From contig AZHR01000004.1 in assembly GCA_000504625.1 (NCBI GenBank), forward strand, positions 15,863 to 79,862: a DNA stretch of 64,000 nt. Reading direction: 5' to 3'. Below are positions 1 through 10,370 of this stretch, piece after piece. The DNA is from an alpha proteobacterium SCGC AAA240-E13. GTDB taxonomy: Bacteria; Pseudomonadota; Alphaproteobacteria; Pelagibacterales; Pelagibacteraceae. Position 1 is the first letter of the stretch, and each line of letters starts with the position of its first letter. Made by a program: the position numbers and the translations under genes. The notes beneath the pieces were generated by a model. The model made no database searches and had not been told where the DNA came from. It worked only from the letters and a program-made list of their open reading frames with translations.

Positions 1-408
1 CCACACTTTTTCATTCCACCTAGTAATCAAAAATTTTAGTATTGGATAAAAAATTATTTTAAAACCTTTAAGGTCAAATTTATAATTCATTTTTATCTTG
101 CTGAAATCTTTTTCTATCTCTTCTACTGTAATTGTTAGCTTTGTATCGATCCCAAATTGAAAACTATAATTCATGTATGTATTTTCGTCATGCAAAATAC
201 CAAACACGGGAAATCTAAAATAAAAAAAAGGAATGAATGGAGCTTTTACTTTATATATACTTACAAAAGAATTTCCTTTCTCATATAAAACATCAACTTC
301 TTTATAACCACCGTGCACTACATCTAAATGTTCGTGATCAAAATAATTCCACCAAACAACTGCTTTGCTAACCTTTACACTTCTTTCTATAGTTTTTTCT
401 AAAATCAT
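1..408 (-). CDS. Rieske-type oxygenase catalytic (mononuclear non-heme iron) domain protein; 3' end lies outside the window
   Basis: Own translation of the minus strand from ATG 408..406 gives 136 open codons to the window edge (MILEKTIERSVKVSKAVVWWNYFDHEHLDVVHGG...). It contains a D-x2-H-x4-H iron-ligand motif (DHEHLDVVH). Its ATG overlaps the TGA of the upstream Rieske ORF (ATGA). It is absent from the ORF track because it is open-ended. Confidence 0.55.
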   Translation of the reverse strand, partial: MILEKTIERSVKVSKAVVWWNYFDHEHLDVVHGGYKEVDVLYEKGNSFVSIYKVKAPFIPFFYFRFPVFGILHDENTYMNYSFQFGIDTKLTITVEEIEKDFSKIKMNYKFDLKGFKIIFYPILKFLITRWNEKVW

Positions 409-746
409 AATTTTAAAAAAATTTCATCATTTTCAACAAAAAAAGCATATTTTTTTAAATCTTTTGGAAAAGTATTGATTTCATAATTTCTAACATTAGA
501 TTTAATATTATAAGTTAAACATTTTCCAGTTTTTGGTTCATATTCCCAAGCATGCCATTTACATTTTAATATTAATTTGTTTCTGTCAAAATATATTTCT
601 CCACCAAAATGAGGACATATAGACGAACGAATTAATATTTCATTATTAAATTTAAAAACTATTATTTCATCTCTTATTGTATCAATATATTTTACAATAT
701 AACCATTCTCGATACTTGATAAGTTACAAACAAACAATTTTTCCAT
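405..746 (-). CDS. Rieske [2Fe-2S] domain protein (stand-alone)
   Basis: The two Rieske cluster-binding boxes are present: CPHFGG (C-x-H) and CKWHAW (C-x2-H). The size is about 113 aa. Confidence 0.8.
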   Translation of the reverse strand: MEKLFVCNLSSIENGYIVKYIDTIRDEIIVFKFNNEILIRSSICPHFGGEIYFDRNKLILKCKWHAWEYEPKTGKCLTYNIKSNVRNYEINTFPKDLKKYAFFVENDEIFLKL

Positions 747-876
747 AAGTAAAATTTAAAGGATATTACGAAATAATTAATTTATTTGCTAATAAAATAA
801 ATTCATATATTGATTGCTCCACAGTTATACTCCCATGATTTGAGGTATATCAAATTTAGAGTATTATAAAATAAAA

Positions 877-1857
877 ATGAAAAAAATCATTAAGTTATTT
901 GTAGATGATCAAAATTCAAGTAAACGCTTGGATGTTTTTATTAGTTCTAAAATAACTGATATCAGTAGAACTAGAATAAAAAATTTGATTTTAGAAGGCT
1001 CTGTAAAAATTAACAATAAAATTAATTTTGAACCGTCAAAAAAAATTAATTTGAAAGATAATCTCATAATTAAGATTGACCCGCCAAAAAAAACTCTTAT
1101 TAAGCCATATAATTACGATTTAGACATTATTTTTGAAGATAACGATATAATGCTAATTAATAAACCAGCTAGTCTTGTAGTACACCCCGGTGCTGGCAAC
1201 TTGGAAAACACTTTGGTAAACGCACTTATAAATCATTCTAAAGAAAATTTGTCAACTATTGGTGGAGAACTAAGACCAGGAATCATTCATCGATTAGACA
1301 AAGACACAAGTGGACTATTAGTTATCGCAAAAAACGACAAAGCTCATATTAATCTTTCGAAACAGTTTAATGACCATACAATAAACAGAAGATATGAAAC
1401 ATTAGTATGGGGAACACTAAGGCCCCAAAGGGGAACTATTAGAAGTTATATAACTCGAAGCAACAGAAATAGGCAATTAATGGAAACAAGTCTTACAAAG
1501 GGGAAATTTGCTATAACAAATTATAAAACTATAGAAATTTTCCAAAGTAATAAAAGCCCTACCCTAAGTTTAATAGAATGCAAACTGGAAACCGGAAGAA
1601 CTCACCAAATTAGAGTTCATATGTCTTATAAGGGTAACCCAATAGTTGGTGATAAATCTTATCAAAAAAAAAATTATAAAATTAAAAAAATAGATACAGA
1701 ATTAAATTTGATGTTAAAAAATATTAACAGACAATTTTTACATGCTAAATCTCTTGGTTTTATTCATCCGCTGAATAAAAAAAAAATTTATTTTGAAGTT
1801 CCATTACCAAAAGATTTATTAAAATTGGTTAAAAAACTAAGAAATCTATGCAAATAA
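877..1857 (+). CDS. rluD: 23S rRNA pseudouridine synthase, RluD/RluA family
   Basis: N-terminal S4-like domain. Catalytic Asp motif HRLDKDTSGLLVIAK and the GRTHQIRVH motif are present. Confidence 0.85.
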   Translation: MKKIIKLFVDDQNSSKRLDVFISSKITDISRTRIKNLILEGSVKINNKINFEPSKKINLKDNLIIKIDPPKKTLIKPYNYDLDIIFEDNDIMLINKPASLVVHPGAGNLENTLVNALINHSKENLSTIGGELRPGIIHRLDKDTSGLLVIAKNDKAHINLSKQFNDHTINRRYETLVWGTLRPQRGTIRSYITRSNRNRQLMETSLTKGKFAITNYKTIEIFQSNKSPTLSLIECKLETGRTHQIRVHMSYKGNPIVGDKSYQKKNYKIKKIDTELNLMLKNINRQFLHAKSLGFIHPLNKKKIYFEVPLPKDLLKLVKKLRNLCK

Positions 1858-1909
1858 TACACCTTGTTTTTGACAAAAAATTTATTAAATAGTACATAGT
1901 TAAACAATT

Positions 1910-2806
1910 ATGAAAACAAAAACAGCAACATATAACTTACCCAGCTTATCTAACGAAGGTGGCTTATCTAGTTACCTTGTTCAAATTAAAAAATTTCCAA
2001 TGCTTGATGCTGAGGAAGAATATATGTTAGCAAAAAGTTGGAGAGATAGAGGGGATTTAAAATCTGCGGAAAAACTTGTGACCAGTCACTTAAGGCTAGT
2101 TGCAAAAATTGCTATGGGATATCAAGGTTATGGTTTGCCCGTAAGTGAATTAGTATCAGAAGGAAATGTTGGTTTAATGAAAGCAGTAAAAAAATTTGAT
2201 CCAGAAAAAGGATTTAGACTTGCAACATACGCCATGTGGTGGATTAAAGCTTCTATGCAAGAATATATTTTAAGATCATGGAGTTTAGTTAAAATTGGTA
2301 CCACTAGTGCACAAAAAAAACTTTTTTTTAATTTAAAAAAATTAAAAAATAAAATAGCTCCAAGATCTGAAGGCGACTTAAAAAAAGAACATGTAGATGA
2401 AATTGCTGACCGTCTCAATGTTAGTGAAAATGAAGTAGTGTCAATGAATAGAAGACTTTTAGGTCAAGAAAAATCTTTAAATGATTTAATTGGAGAAGAT
2501 GGAGATCAATGGCAAGACTGGTTGACTGATAAGTCTATGGATCAAGAATTAAAAATTTCCCAAGATCAAGAATTTAAACAAAGACAAAATTTATTTGAAG
2601 AATCAATACACGTTTTAAATGATAGAGAAAAAGCAATTCTTTATGCAAGAAGACTTAATGATGAACCTATCACCTTGGACAACTTAAGCAAAAAATATAA
2701 AATTAGTAGAGAAAGAATTAGACAAATAGAAAATAAAGCTTTTGAAAAACTTCAAAAGTGCATGTTAAACGCTGCTAAATCAAAGAATTTACTTCCAGTT
2801 AGTTAA
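1910..2806 (+). CDS. rpoH: RNA polymerase sigma-32 (heat-shock sigma factor)
   Basis: Sigma-70 region 2 (GNVGLMKAVKKFDPEKGFRLATYAMWWIKA), an RpoH-box-like AQKKLFFNLKK, and a region 4 helix-turn-helix (ISRERIRQIENKA). Confidence 0.85.
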   Translation: MKTKTATYNLPSLSNEGGLSSYLVQIKKFPMLDAEEEYMLAKSWRDRGDLKSAEKLVTSHLRLVAKIAMGYQGYGLPVSELVSEGNVGLMKAVKKFDPEKGFRLATYAMWWIKASMQEYILRSWSLVKIGTTSAQKKLFFNLKKLKNKIAPRSEGDLKKEHVDEIADRLNVSENEVVSMNRRLLGQEKSLNDLIGEDGDQWQDWLTDKSMDQELKISQDQEFKQRQNLFEESIHVLNDREKAILYARRLNDEPITLDNLSKKYKISRERIRQIENKAFEKLQKCMLNAAKSKNLLPVS

Positions 2807-4099
2807 TTATTTCTTAAAAGGATCTTCAATTAAAATTGAGTCTTCTCTTTTTGGACCTGTTGAAATGCAAGATATTTTTGCTCCACAATAATCTTCGATA
2901 AAGGAAATATATTTTTTTGCATTTTCAGGTAAATCATCCCATTTTTTTATTCCAGTAATATCTTCCTGCCAACCTTTCAATTGCTTATAAATCGGTTTTA
3001 CTTTTATTTGATCTTGTAATTTACTTGGAAAATAATCAATTTTTTTTCCATCAAGTTCATATGCAACACAAATATTAATATCTTCTAATTCATTTAAAAC
3101 ATCAATTTTAGTCAAAGCTATTCCATTTATTCCAGATATAATGCAAGATTTTCTGACTAATATGGAATCAAGCCAACCACATCTCCTTTTTCTATTAGTT
3201 ACAGTTCCAAATTCTTTTCCTTTTTCACAAATTTTTTTTCCTATTTTATCGTTTAATTCCGTGGGAAATGGACCTTCACCTACTCTAGTTGTATAAGCTT
3301 TTACTATTCCCAGAACATAATTAATAGTATTTAGACCACAACCTGTACCGACTGATGCTTCTCCTGCAACCGTGTTTGAGGACGTGACGAAGGGATACGT
3401 TCCATGATCTACATCTAGTAAAATACCTTGAGCACCTTCGAAGAGTATTTTTTTTTTAACTTTTTTAAATATTTCCATGTTTTTCCAAACTGGTTTAGAA
3501 TATTTTAAAATTTTAGATGAAATTTTAAGTAACTCATACAATAATTGATTTTTGTCTATTATTTTTTTTCCTAAACCTTTTCTTATAGCATTATGATGAA
3601 ATAACATTACATCAATTTTTTTAGATAGTTTTTTTTCATCATCTAAATCAATTACTCTAATGCCTCTTCTTCCCACCTTATCTTCATAAGCTGGACCTAT
3701 TCCTCTTCTTGTGGTGCCTATTTTATCAGTATCTTTTGCATCTTCTCTAATTACATCTAATTCTTTATGAAATGGTAAAATCAGATTTGCGTTTTCCGCT
3801 ATATATAGATTATTATTATTAATTGTAACACCAAGATTTTCCATATGTTCAATTTCATTTAATAAAGCCCAAGGATCAATAACTACGCCATTACCAATAA
3901 TTGAAATTTTATTTTTTCTGACTATTCCAGAAGGTAAAAGATTTAATTTATAAGTCTTATTATTTATAACAAGAGTGTGGCCTGCATTGTGTCCGCCCTG
4001 AAATCTAACTATTACGTCGGCTCTTTCAGCAAGCCAATCAACAATTTTTCCTTTACCTTCGTCTCCCCATTGTGAACCTACAACAACTACATTAGTCAT
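2807..4099 (-). CDS. purA: adenylosuccinate synthetase
   Basis: Motifs [19 protein letters not shown] and [11 protein letters not shown]. Length is 430 aa. Confidence 0.95.
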   Translation of the reverse strand: MTNVVVVGSQWGDEGKGKIVDWLAERADVIVRFQGGHNAGHTLVINNKTYKLNLLPSGIVRKNKISIIGNGVVIDPWALLNEIEHMENLGVTINNNNLYIAENANLILPFHKELDVIREDAKDTDKIGTTRRGIGPAYEDKVGRRGIRVIDLDDEKKLSKKIDVMLFHHNAIRKGLGKKIIDKNQLLYELLKISSKILKYSKPVWKNMEIFKKVKKKILFEGAQGILLDVDHGTYPFVTSSNTVAGEASVGTGCGLNTINYVLGIVKAYTTRVGEGPFPTELNDKIGKKICEKGKEFGTVTNRKRRCGWLDSILVRKSCIISGINGIALTKIDVLNELEDINICVAYELDGKKIDYFPSKLQDQIKVKPIYKQLKGWQEDITGIKKWDDLPENAKKYISFIEDYCGAKISCISTGPKREDSILIEDPFKK

Positions 4100-4904
4100 T
4101 TTTATTTCTCGTATTAAATAAAACTAAATGATTTAAAGGTCCAAAACCTTCACCATAACTTGGAGCAGAAATTATTGCTTGATGAACATAATTTAAAGAA
4201 ATATTACACGAATTAATTATATTCTTTTTTTGTGATAAACACGTGGCTAAAGCTGAGGATAATGTACATCCAGTTCCGTGAGTATTTTTTGTTTTAATTT
4301 TTTTTTTTGGAAAAATATTTATTCCTTTTTTAGTAGCTAAAATATCAAAAATCATTTTGTTTTTAAGATGTCCACCTTTTAATAACACACTTTTTGACCC
4401 CATGTTGAGAATTTTTTTTGCTGCTTTAATCATATCCTCTTTATTTGAAATTGAATATCCTGTTAATATTTCTGCTTCAGGTATATTAGGAGTAACCATG
4501 CTAGATAATGGTATAAGCAATTTTTTTAAATAAATAATTGAACTGTTGTTAATTAAATTAGCACCACCTTTGGCCACCATTACTGGATCAAGAACAACAT
4601 TTTTTAATTTATATTTTTTTATAATACGATGAACACATTGAATTATACTGGCATTATGCAACATGCCAATTTTTACTGCGTCTGCTCCAATATCATCTAA
4701 AATCATTGTTAGTTGTTTTTGAACAGTTTTAGTAGGAATTGAAATAATTTTTTTTACACCTGTAGTGTTTTGTGCTGTAACCGCTGTAACGGCAGTCATT
4801 GCATAACTGCCGAAGACTGTAACGGTTTTAATATCTGCTTGTATACCTGCTCCGCCAGAGGAGTCCGAACCTGCGATGATTAAAATTTTAGATTTTGCTT
4901 TCAA
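4092..4904 (-). CDS. thiD: hydroxymethylpyrimidine / phosphomethylpyrimidine kinase
   Basis: Motifs [16 protein letters not shown] and [11 protein letters not shown], typical of ThiD in the ribokinase superfamily. Confidence 0.85.
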   Translation of the reverse strand: MKAKSKILIIAGSDSSGGAGIQADIKTVTVFGSYAMTAVTAVTAQNTTGVKKIISIPTKTVQKQLTMILDDIGADAVKIGMLHNASIIQCVHRIIKKYKLKNVVLDPVMVAKGGANLINNSSIIYLKKLLIPLSSMVTPNIPEAEILTGYSISNKEDMIKAAKKILNMGSKSVLLKGGHLKNKMIFDILATKKGINIFPKKKIKTKNTHGTGCTLSSALATCLSQKKNIINSCNISLNYVHQAIISAPSYGEGFGPLNHLVLFNTRNKND

Positions 4905-4905
4905 T

Positions 4906-6237
4906 TTATTTTATTGATTTCTTGATTAATTTTATACATTTCAATATTAATTTTTTATTATGTGACTCTCCCATAATTCTTATTTTTGGTTCTGTTCCTG
5001 ATTTTCTTATCAATAACCTTCCTTGATTGCTCATAAGTTTTTTTGCTTTTTTAATTACATTCTTACATTTGGGCCAATTAATTATGTTTTTATCTTTTAC
5101 AATTACATTTTCTAAAATTTGTGGCAAAGGTACAAAAACATCGAACAATTCACTAGCCTTTTTTCCTTTTCTTAATGAAAATAACACTTCTAATGCAACC
5201 ATTAGACCATCACCAGTCGTTGCGAATTTTCCAAGAATTATATGGCCAGACTGTTCACCGCCTAAATTAAAATTTGATTTTTTCATCTTTTCTTTTACGT
5301 ACCTGTCTCCTACCTTGGATCTAAAAAATCTAATTTTTTCATTTCTTAAAAAATTTTCTAATCCATAATTCGACATTAAAGTTCCAATTACACCACCTTT
5401 TAAAATTTTTTTTGATTTCCATCTGCGGGCCAACATTGCAATAATTTGATCACCATTTATAATTTTGCTGTTTTCATCGCACATAATGATTCTATCAGCA
5501 TCTCCATCAAATGAAATGCCAACATCAGCTCTGTATTTTTTCACAGCTGATTGAATTTTATATGGATAGGTAGATCCACATTTATCATTAATATTAAAAC
5601 CATTTGGTTTTACACCAATGACCACAACTTTTGCCCCAAGACTTTTAAGCAATTCAGGAGCAGCCTTATACCCAGCTCCATTAGCACAGTCTAAAACTAT
5701 CTTGATTCCCTTTAATTTAAAACTATTTGGAAAATTTTTCTTTAATATTTTAATATATTTATTATTTGCATCTTCTAATCTTTTAACCCTACCTAGTGAT
5801 TTAGGATTTGTTAGTTGTTTTGTGTTTTTAGCATCTATTAATTTTTCAATTTTATTTTCTATTTGATTTGATAATTTCATACCATCGGGTCCAAATAATT
5901 TAAGACCATTATCGTAATAGGGGTTATGGGATGCAGTAATCATAATACCTATATTTGCTTTCATTGATTTTGTTAACATTGCAAGTCCATTAGTTGGTAA
6001 AGGCCCCAGTGTAAAAACATGCATACCACCCGAAGTTAAGCCTGATACCAAAGCTGGTTCCAAAGTATATCCAGATAATCTTGTATCTTTAGCTATTATT
6101 GCAATTTGTTTGTTTTTTTTTTGGTTTTTAAAATAAGTGGCTGATGCTAAACCAAACTTAAAGAATTTTTCCCCAGTAATATTTCCTTGGTTGATGGTAC
6201 CTCTGATACCATCTGTTCCAAAATATTTATTGCTCAT
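4906..6237 (-). CDS. glmM: phosphoglucosamine mutase
   Basis: Phosphoserine loop TASHNPYYDNG, Mg loop FDGDADR, and GEQSGH. Confidence 0.9.
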   Translation of the reverse strand: MSNKYFGTDGIRGTINQGNITGEKFFKFGLASATYFKNQKKNKQIAIIAKDTRLSGYTLEPALVSGLTSGGMHVFTLGPLPTNGLAMLTKSMKANIGIMITASHNPYYDNGLKLFGPDGMKLSNQIENKIEKLIDAKNTKQLTNPKSLGRVKRLEDANNKYIKILKKNFPNSFKLKGIKIVLDCANGAGYKAAPELLKSLGAKVVVIGVKPNGFNINDKCGSTYPYKIQSAVKKYRADVGISFDGDADRIIMCDENSKIINGDQIIAMLARRWKSKKILKGGVIGTLMSNYGLENFLRNEKIRFFRSKVGDRYVKEKMKKSNFNLGGEQSGHIILGKFATTGDGLMVALEVLFSLRKGKKASELFDVFVPLPQILENVIVKDKNIINWPKCKNVIKKAKKLMSNQGRLLIRKSGTEPKIRIMGESHNKKLILKCIKLIKKSIK

Positions 6238-6240
6238 TAA

Positions 6241-7317
6241 TTAATTGGTATTTATTATTTTGTTAAAAACTAATATTCCTTGATTAATTTCTTTAACATT
6301 ATGAACCCTGAATAACTGAACTCCTTGGGAAAGTCCATACAACACTGATGCCAAGGTACCGCCGGTTCGATCGGGAGTATCAAATTTTGTTACAATATGT
6401 TCGATAAATCTTTTTCTAGAAGTTCCAATTAAAATTGGACATCCTAGACTATGAAAAATCGATATCTTAGACATTAACCTTAAATTATGGTCCAAATTTT
6501 TTCCAAATCCTAGTCCTGGATCTAAAATAATTAGTTCTTTTCTAAAATTATTTTTTAAACAAAACTTAATTTTTTTTTCAAAAAAATCGAAAATATCTAA
6601 TAAGACATCATCATAAGTTGGATTATTTTGCATTGTATTCGGAGTACCCTGCATATGGTGTAAAACAAATGGAACTTTTTTAGAATTAATTAGATCAAAC
6701 GATTTGTAGTCAAAATTTAAACCTGATACATCATTGATTATATCAACGCCATTTTGAATACCGTTGCTCATAACATAGGGTTTTCTTGTATCCAGAGATA
6801 AAGGAACATTTGTATAATTTTTTTTAAATTTTATAATAGTGTTTTTTATTCTTAACCATTCCTCTTTTTCATCAACAGTCGTTGATCCAGGTCTAGTTGA
6901 CTCTCCACCAATATCTAAAATTGTAGCTCCACTATCTACCATTAACTTAGCTTGTTCGTATGCCTTTGTTTCTTCAAAAAATAATCCACCATCGGAAAAA
7001 CTATCTGGTGTTATGTTAAGCGCTCCCATTATTTGAGGCGTATCAAATTTCAATCCCAGTATACTTGTTCTTTTTGATATTATATTTTTTATATCTCTTT
7101 CTATCTCAGGCAAGATGTAGCTATCAAGTTTTCCTATTTCTTTAATTGAAAAAAAACTACTTTTGGAAATTTTATTGCTTTTCCTTTGGATAATTTCTAT
7201 TTGATCAAAAGCTATATTTTGTCTAGAATTTAAAGGTAATGCCTCTTTATTTAAAACTAATTTTTCTGCTATTTTTCCATAATAGAAATTACACGCTCTT
7301 GTGTAATATTTTCTCAT
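6241..7317 (-). CDS. folP: dihydropteroate synthase with an N-terminal extension of about 90 aa
   Basis: Pterin-binding domain motifs LNITPDSFSDGG and DIGGESTRPG. The canonical domain starts near residue 95. Confidence 0.85.
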   Translation of the reverse strand: MRKYYTRACNFYYGKIAEKLVLNKEALPLNSRQNIAFDQIEIIQRKSNKISKSSFFSIKEIGKLDSYILPEIERDIKNIISKRTSILGLKFDTPQIMGALNITPDSFSDGGLFFEETKAYEQAKLMVDSGATILDIGGESTRPGSTTVDEKEEWLRIKNTIIKFKKNYTNVPLSLDTRKPYVMSNGIQNGVDIINDVSGLNFDYKSFDLINSKKVPFVLHHMQGTPNTMQNNPTYDDVLLDIFDFFEKKIKFCLKNNFRKELIILDPGLGFGKNLDHNLRLMSKISIFHSLGCPILIGTSRKRFIEHIVTKFDTPDRTGGTLASVLYGLSQGVQLFRVHNVKEINQGILVFNKIINTN

Positions 7318-7327
7318 TTACTAAAGC

Positions 7328-9217
7328 TTAAATCGCGGGCTTAGGTTTTAAACCCAAAGAACCTAATGCAGAAGAAGCTTCTTGTTCCTCTTCTTTTATA
7401 TCTTTTTTATTTTTTGGATGTTTATTATTAAATATTAAATTATTTATTTCATCACCAGTTAATGTCTCATATAATATTAAAGCTTTGGCTAATTTATGCA
7501 AATCATCTATTTTTTCCGTTAGTATTTTTTTTGCTTTTTTATAACCTGTATCAACAATTTTTTTAATTTCTGCATCTACTTTTTTTGCTGTTTCTTCTGA
7601 CATTTGTTGGTGTCTTGTTATTGATCTTCCAATAAAAACCTCATCCTCATTTTCGCCGTATGTCAAAGGTCCAAGTGCTGTACTCATTCCAAATCTAGTC
7701 ACCATATCTTTCGCTAGTTTTGTAGCCATTTGGATATCGGAGGATGCACCTGAAGTGACCTTTTCGTGACCAAAAATCAATTCTTCTGCAATTCGTCCAC
7801 CCATTGCTTTAGATATATTTGCCTCTAAATACTCTCTTGTATGAGAATATTTATCTCTTTCGGGTAAAGTCCAAACTACCCCCAAAGCTCTTCCTCTAGG
7901 TATTATCGTTGCCTTATGTATGGGATCTGATGCTTTTTCGTTTAAAGCAACAATTGCATGTCCTCCTTCATGATAGGCTGTTAATTTTTTATCTTCTTCA
8001 GTCATAACCATTGATCTTCTTTCAGCACCCATCATTACCTTATCCTTTGATTCCTCAACCTCTTGCATTGTAACAATTCTTTTATTTTTTCTTGCAGCTA
8101 ATAATGCAGACTCATTAATTAAATTTGCTAAATCAGCTCCTGAAAATCCTGGAGTTCCCCTTGCTATTGTTCTTAAATTTACATTTGGTCCTAGTGAAAT
8201 TTTTTTAGCATGTACTTTTAGAATTTTCTCTCTTCCAATAATGTCAGGCAATGGAACAATTACTTGTCTATCAAATCGGCCTGCTCTTAACAGAGCGGGA
8301 TCTAAAACATCAGGTCTGTTAGTTGCTGCAATGATAATTACTCCTTCATTAGTATCAAAGCCATCCATTTCTACCAATAATTGATTGAGCGTTTGTTCTC
8401 TTTCGTCGTTTCCACCTCCTAGTCCTGCCCCTCTGCTTCTGCCAACTGCATCTATTTCATCTATAAAAATTATACATGGTGAATTTTTTTTGCCTTGCTC
8501 AAACATGTCTCTTACTCTCGAAGCACCAACTCCAACAAACATTTCCACAAAATCTGATCCAGATATTGTAAAAAATGGGACATCTGCTTCCCCGGCAATT
8601 GCTCTAGCTAATAATGTTTTTCCTGTTCCAGGAGCTCCTACTACTAATACTCCTTTAGGTATTTTTCCACCAAGCTTTCTAAATTTTCTAGGATCTCTTA
8701 AAAATTCTACTACTTCTTCTACTTCTTCTTTTGCTTCTTCTATGCCAGCAACATCATTAAAAGTTATTGTACCTTTCATTTCGTTCATTAATTTTGCTTT
8801 GGATCTTCCAAAACCCATCGCTCCACCTTTGCCTCCTTGCATTTGACGCATAAAAAATACCCAAACACCTATTAACAGCAACATAGGAAACCAAGACAAA
8901 AGTACTCCAAGTAATGATGGCATTTTTTCTTCTATTGGAGTGGCGGTAATACCAACTCCTTTGTCAGACAATTTTTCTACCAGATTAGGGTCATTTGGTG
9001 CATAAGTATGAAAAAATTTTCCGTTCGCAAATGTACCTTCAATATTATTACCTTTTATATCAACTTGTACTACTCTGCCATTATCAACTTCATTCAAAAA
9101 TTCTGAAAATGATATATTATTTTTTTGCTGAATGTTTTGTGGTTGTTTGAACATATTATAGAGACCTATGGTAAGGAACGCTATAATTGCCCACATTACT
9201 AAATTTCTAAAGTTCAT
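7328..9217 (-). CDS. ftsH: ATP-dependent zinc metalloprotease FtsH
   Basis: Two N-terminal TM segments, Walker A GAPGTGKT, an AAA+ second region of homology, and the zinc motif HEGGHA. Confidence 0.97.
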   Translation of the reverse strand: MNFRNLVMWAIIAFLTIGLYNMFKQPQNIQQKNNISFSEFLNEVDNGRVVQVDIKGNNIEGTFANGKFFHTYAPNDPNLVEKLSDKGVGITATPIEEKMPSLLGVLLSWFPMLLLIGVWVFFMRQMQGGKGGAMGFGRSKAKLMNEMKGTITFNDVAGIEEAKEEVEEVVEFLRDPRKFRKLGGKIPKGVLVVGAPGTGKTLLARAIAGEADVPFFTISGSDFVEMFVGVGASRVRDMFEQGKKNSPCIIFIDEIDAVGRSRGAGLGGGNDEREQTLNQLLVEMDGFDTNEGVIIIAATNRPDVLDPALLRAGRFDRQVIVPLPDIIGREKILKVHAKKISLGPNVNLRTIARGTPGFSGADLANLINESALLAARKNKRIVTMQEVEESKDKVMMGAERRSMVMTEEDKKLTAYHEGGHAIVALNEKASDPIHKATIIPRGRALGVVWTLPERDKYSHTREYLEANISKAMGGRIAEELIFGHEKVTSGASSDIQMATKLAKDMVTRFGMSTALGPLTYGENEDEVFIGRSITRHQQMSEETAKKVDAEIKKIVDTGYKKAKKILTEKIDDLHKLAKALILYETLTGDEINNLIFNNKHPKNKKDIKEEEQEASSALGSLGLKPKPAI

Positions 9218-9326
9218 AATTTATATTACCAGTATATCTTTTGATTAAAATAATAATTATTAAAGATTAAACAAGAGGCAAATTAACATAATAATGTTTA
9301 AAATACACACATAATTTAAAGTTAAT

Positions 9327-10370
9327 TTAAAACTCTTTTCTAATTATTAAAAAATTATTACTTTTTTCAATAATACACCGCCCCAGTGTTGATTTCTTAA
9401 ATTTTTTTGACTGTACTCTGATTATTAGATTATTGATATATTTGCCTCTTGGAGGATAGTAACTGTTAGAAACTTTAGAAATAATATCGCCAATTGTTCG
9501 GAAAATAACTTCTTCGGATTCTAAATTAAATAAATCATATCTAACTAAACATGAGTTAGATCGCAAATATCTTACATGCTTTTTTGTAGATTTTGTTTTA
9601 TAAAAATCTATAGATTCATTTGCTGATTGTAAGTTATTTAAAGTTAGTTTTACCTTATTGATATCTAAGCCATCTAATTTAAATTGATCTAAATAATTTC
9701 TAATTTTTGTACGTAAAAATTTTTCTTTAAAATTTGATGGATCAATAAGATAGAAATTAAAGACTCGTTTTGAAATATAAATTAATTCTCTTTTCTTTAT
9801 ATCTATTAAAGGTCTAATCACATTTAAAGTTTTGTTTTCTGATTGTCTTTTAATATTCAATGAAGATAGACCCTTCAAACCACTGCCTCTAAACAACCTT
9901 ATAAAAAAATTTTCTAATAAATCGCCCTCGTGATGAGCTAAAACTAAGTTTTTAATATTCAATTTTTTACACACCTTATTAAAAATAAAATATCTAATAT
10001 TACGAGCATTAAATTGGATATTTGAATTTGGAATATTACCTTTCCAAGTAAATATTTTTGCTTTGATCTTATGTATTTTTAATAATTGCTTAATTTTTGT
10101 TGCCTCGATTTTAGACTCTTTTCTTAAATTATGATCAACTATTAAAGCAATAAATTTGCAATTAAATTCACTTGAAAACACTTTACATAAAAATGCCAAA
10201 GCTAAACTATCTGGACCTCCAGATACGCCAATACAAAATTCTTTATTTCTAATATGAGAATATAATTTTTTTTTAAAAGTTAAATATATTTTGTTAATTT
10301 TTGGATCTTTAAGATATTTATTATGAAGATTAACTTTTTTTCGTTGGACAGTCGAATTTTTTTTCTTCAT
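9327..10370 (-). CDS. tilS: tRNA(Ile)-lysidine synthase
   Basis: PP-loop motif SGGPDS in a GVSGGPDSLAL context. Syntenic with ftsH. The 5' end overlaps cpoB by 41 nt, so the true start may be further downstream. Confidence 0.85.
   Translation of the reverse strand: MKKKNSTVQRKKVNLHNKYLKDPKINKIYLTFKKKLYSHIRNKEFCIGVSGGPDSLALAFLCKVFSSEFNCKFIALIVDHNLRKESKIEATKIKQLLKIHKIKAKIFTWKGNIPNSNIQFNARNIRYFIFNKVCKKLNIKNLVLAHHEGDLLENFFIRLFRGSGLKGLSSLNIKRQSENKTLNVIRPLIDIKKRELIYISKRVFNFYLIDPSNFKEKFLRTKIRNYLDQFKLDGLDINKVKLTLNNLQSANESIDFYKTKSTKKHVRYLRSNSCLVRYDLFNLESEEVIFRTIGDIISKVSNSYYPPRGKYINNLIIRVQSKKFKKSTLGRCIIEKSNNFLIIRKEF

Noticed and set aside
1870-1898. Sigma-70-like promoter upstream of rpoH: a perfect TTGACA at 1870-1875, a 17-nt spacer, then TACATA. 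A similar TTGAGG-16 nt-TATTAT lies upstream of rluD near 840-867.
   Set aside because: In DNA of about 70% A+T, -10-like hexamers occur almost everywhere, and TTGACA is expected dozens of times by chance in this window. This is suggestive but not supportable as a feature without TSS data.
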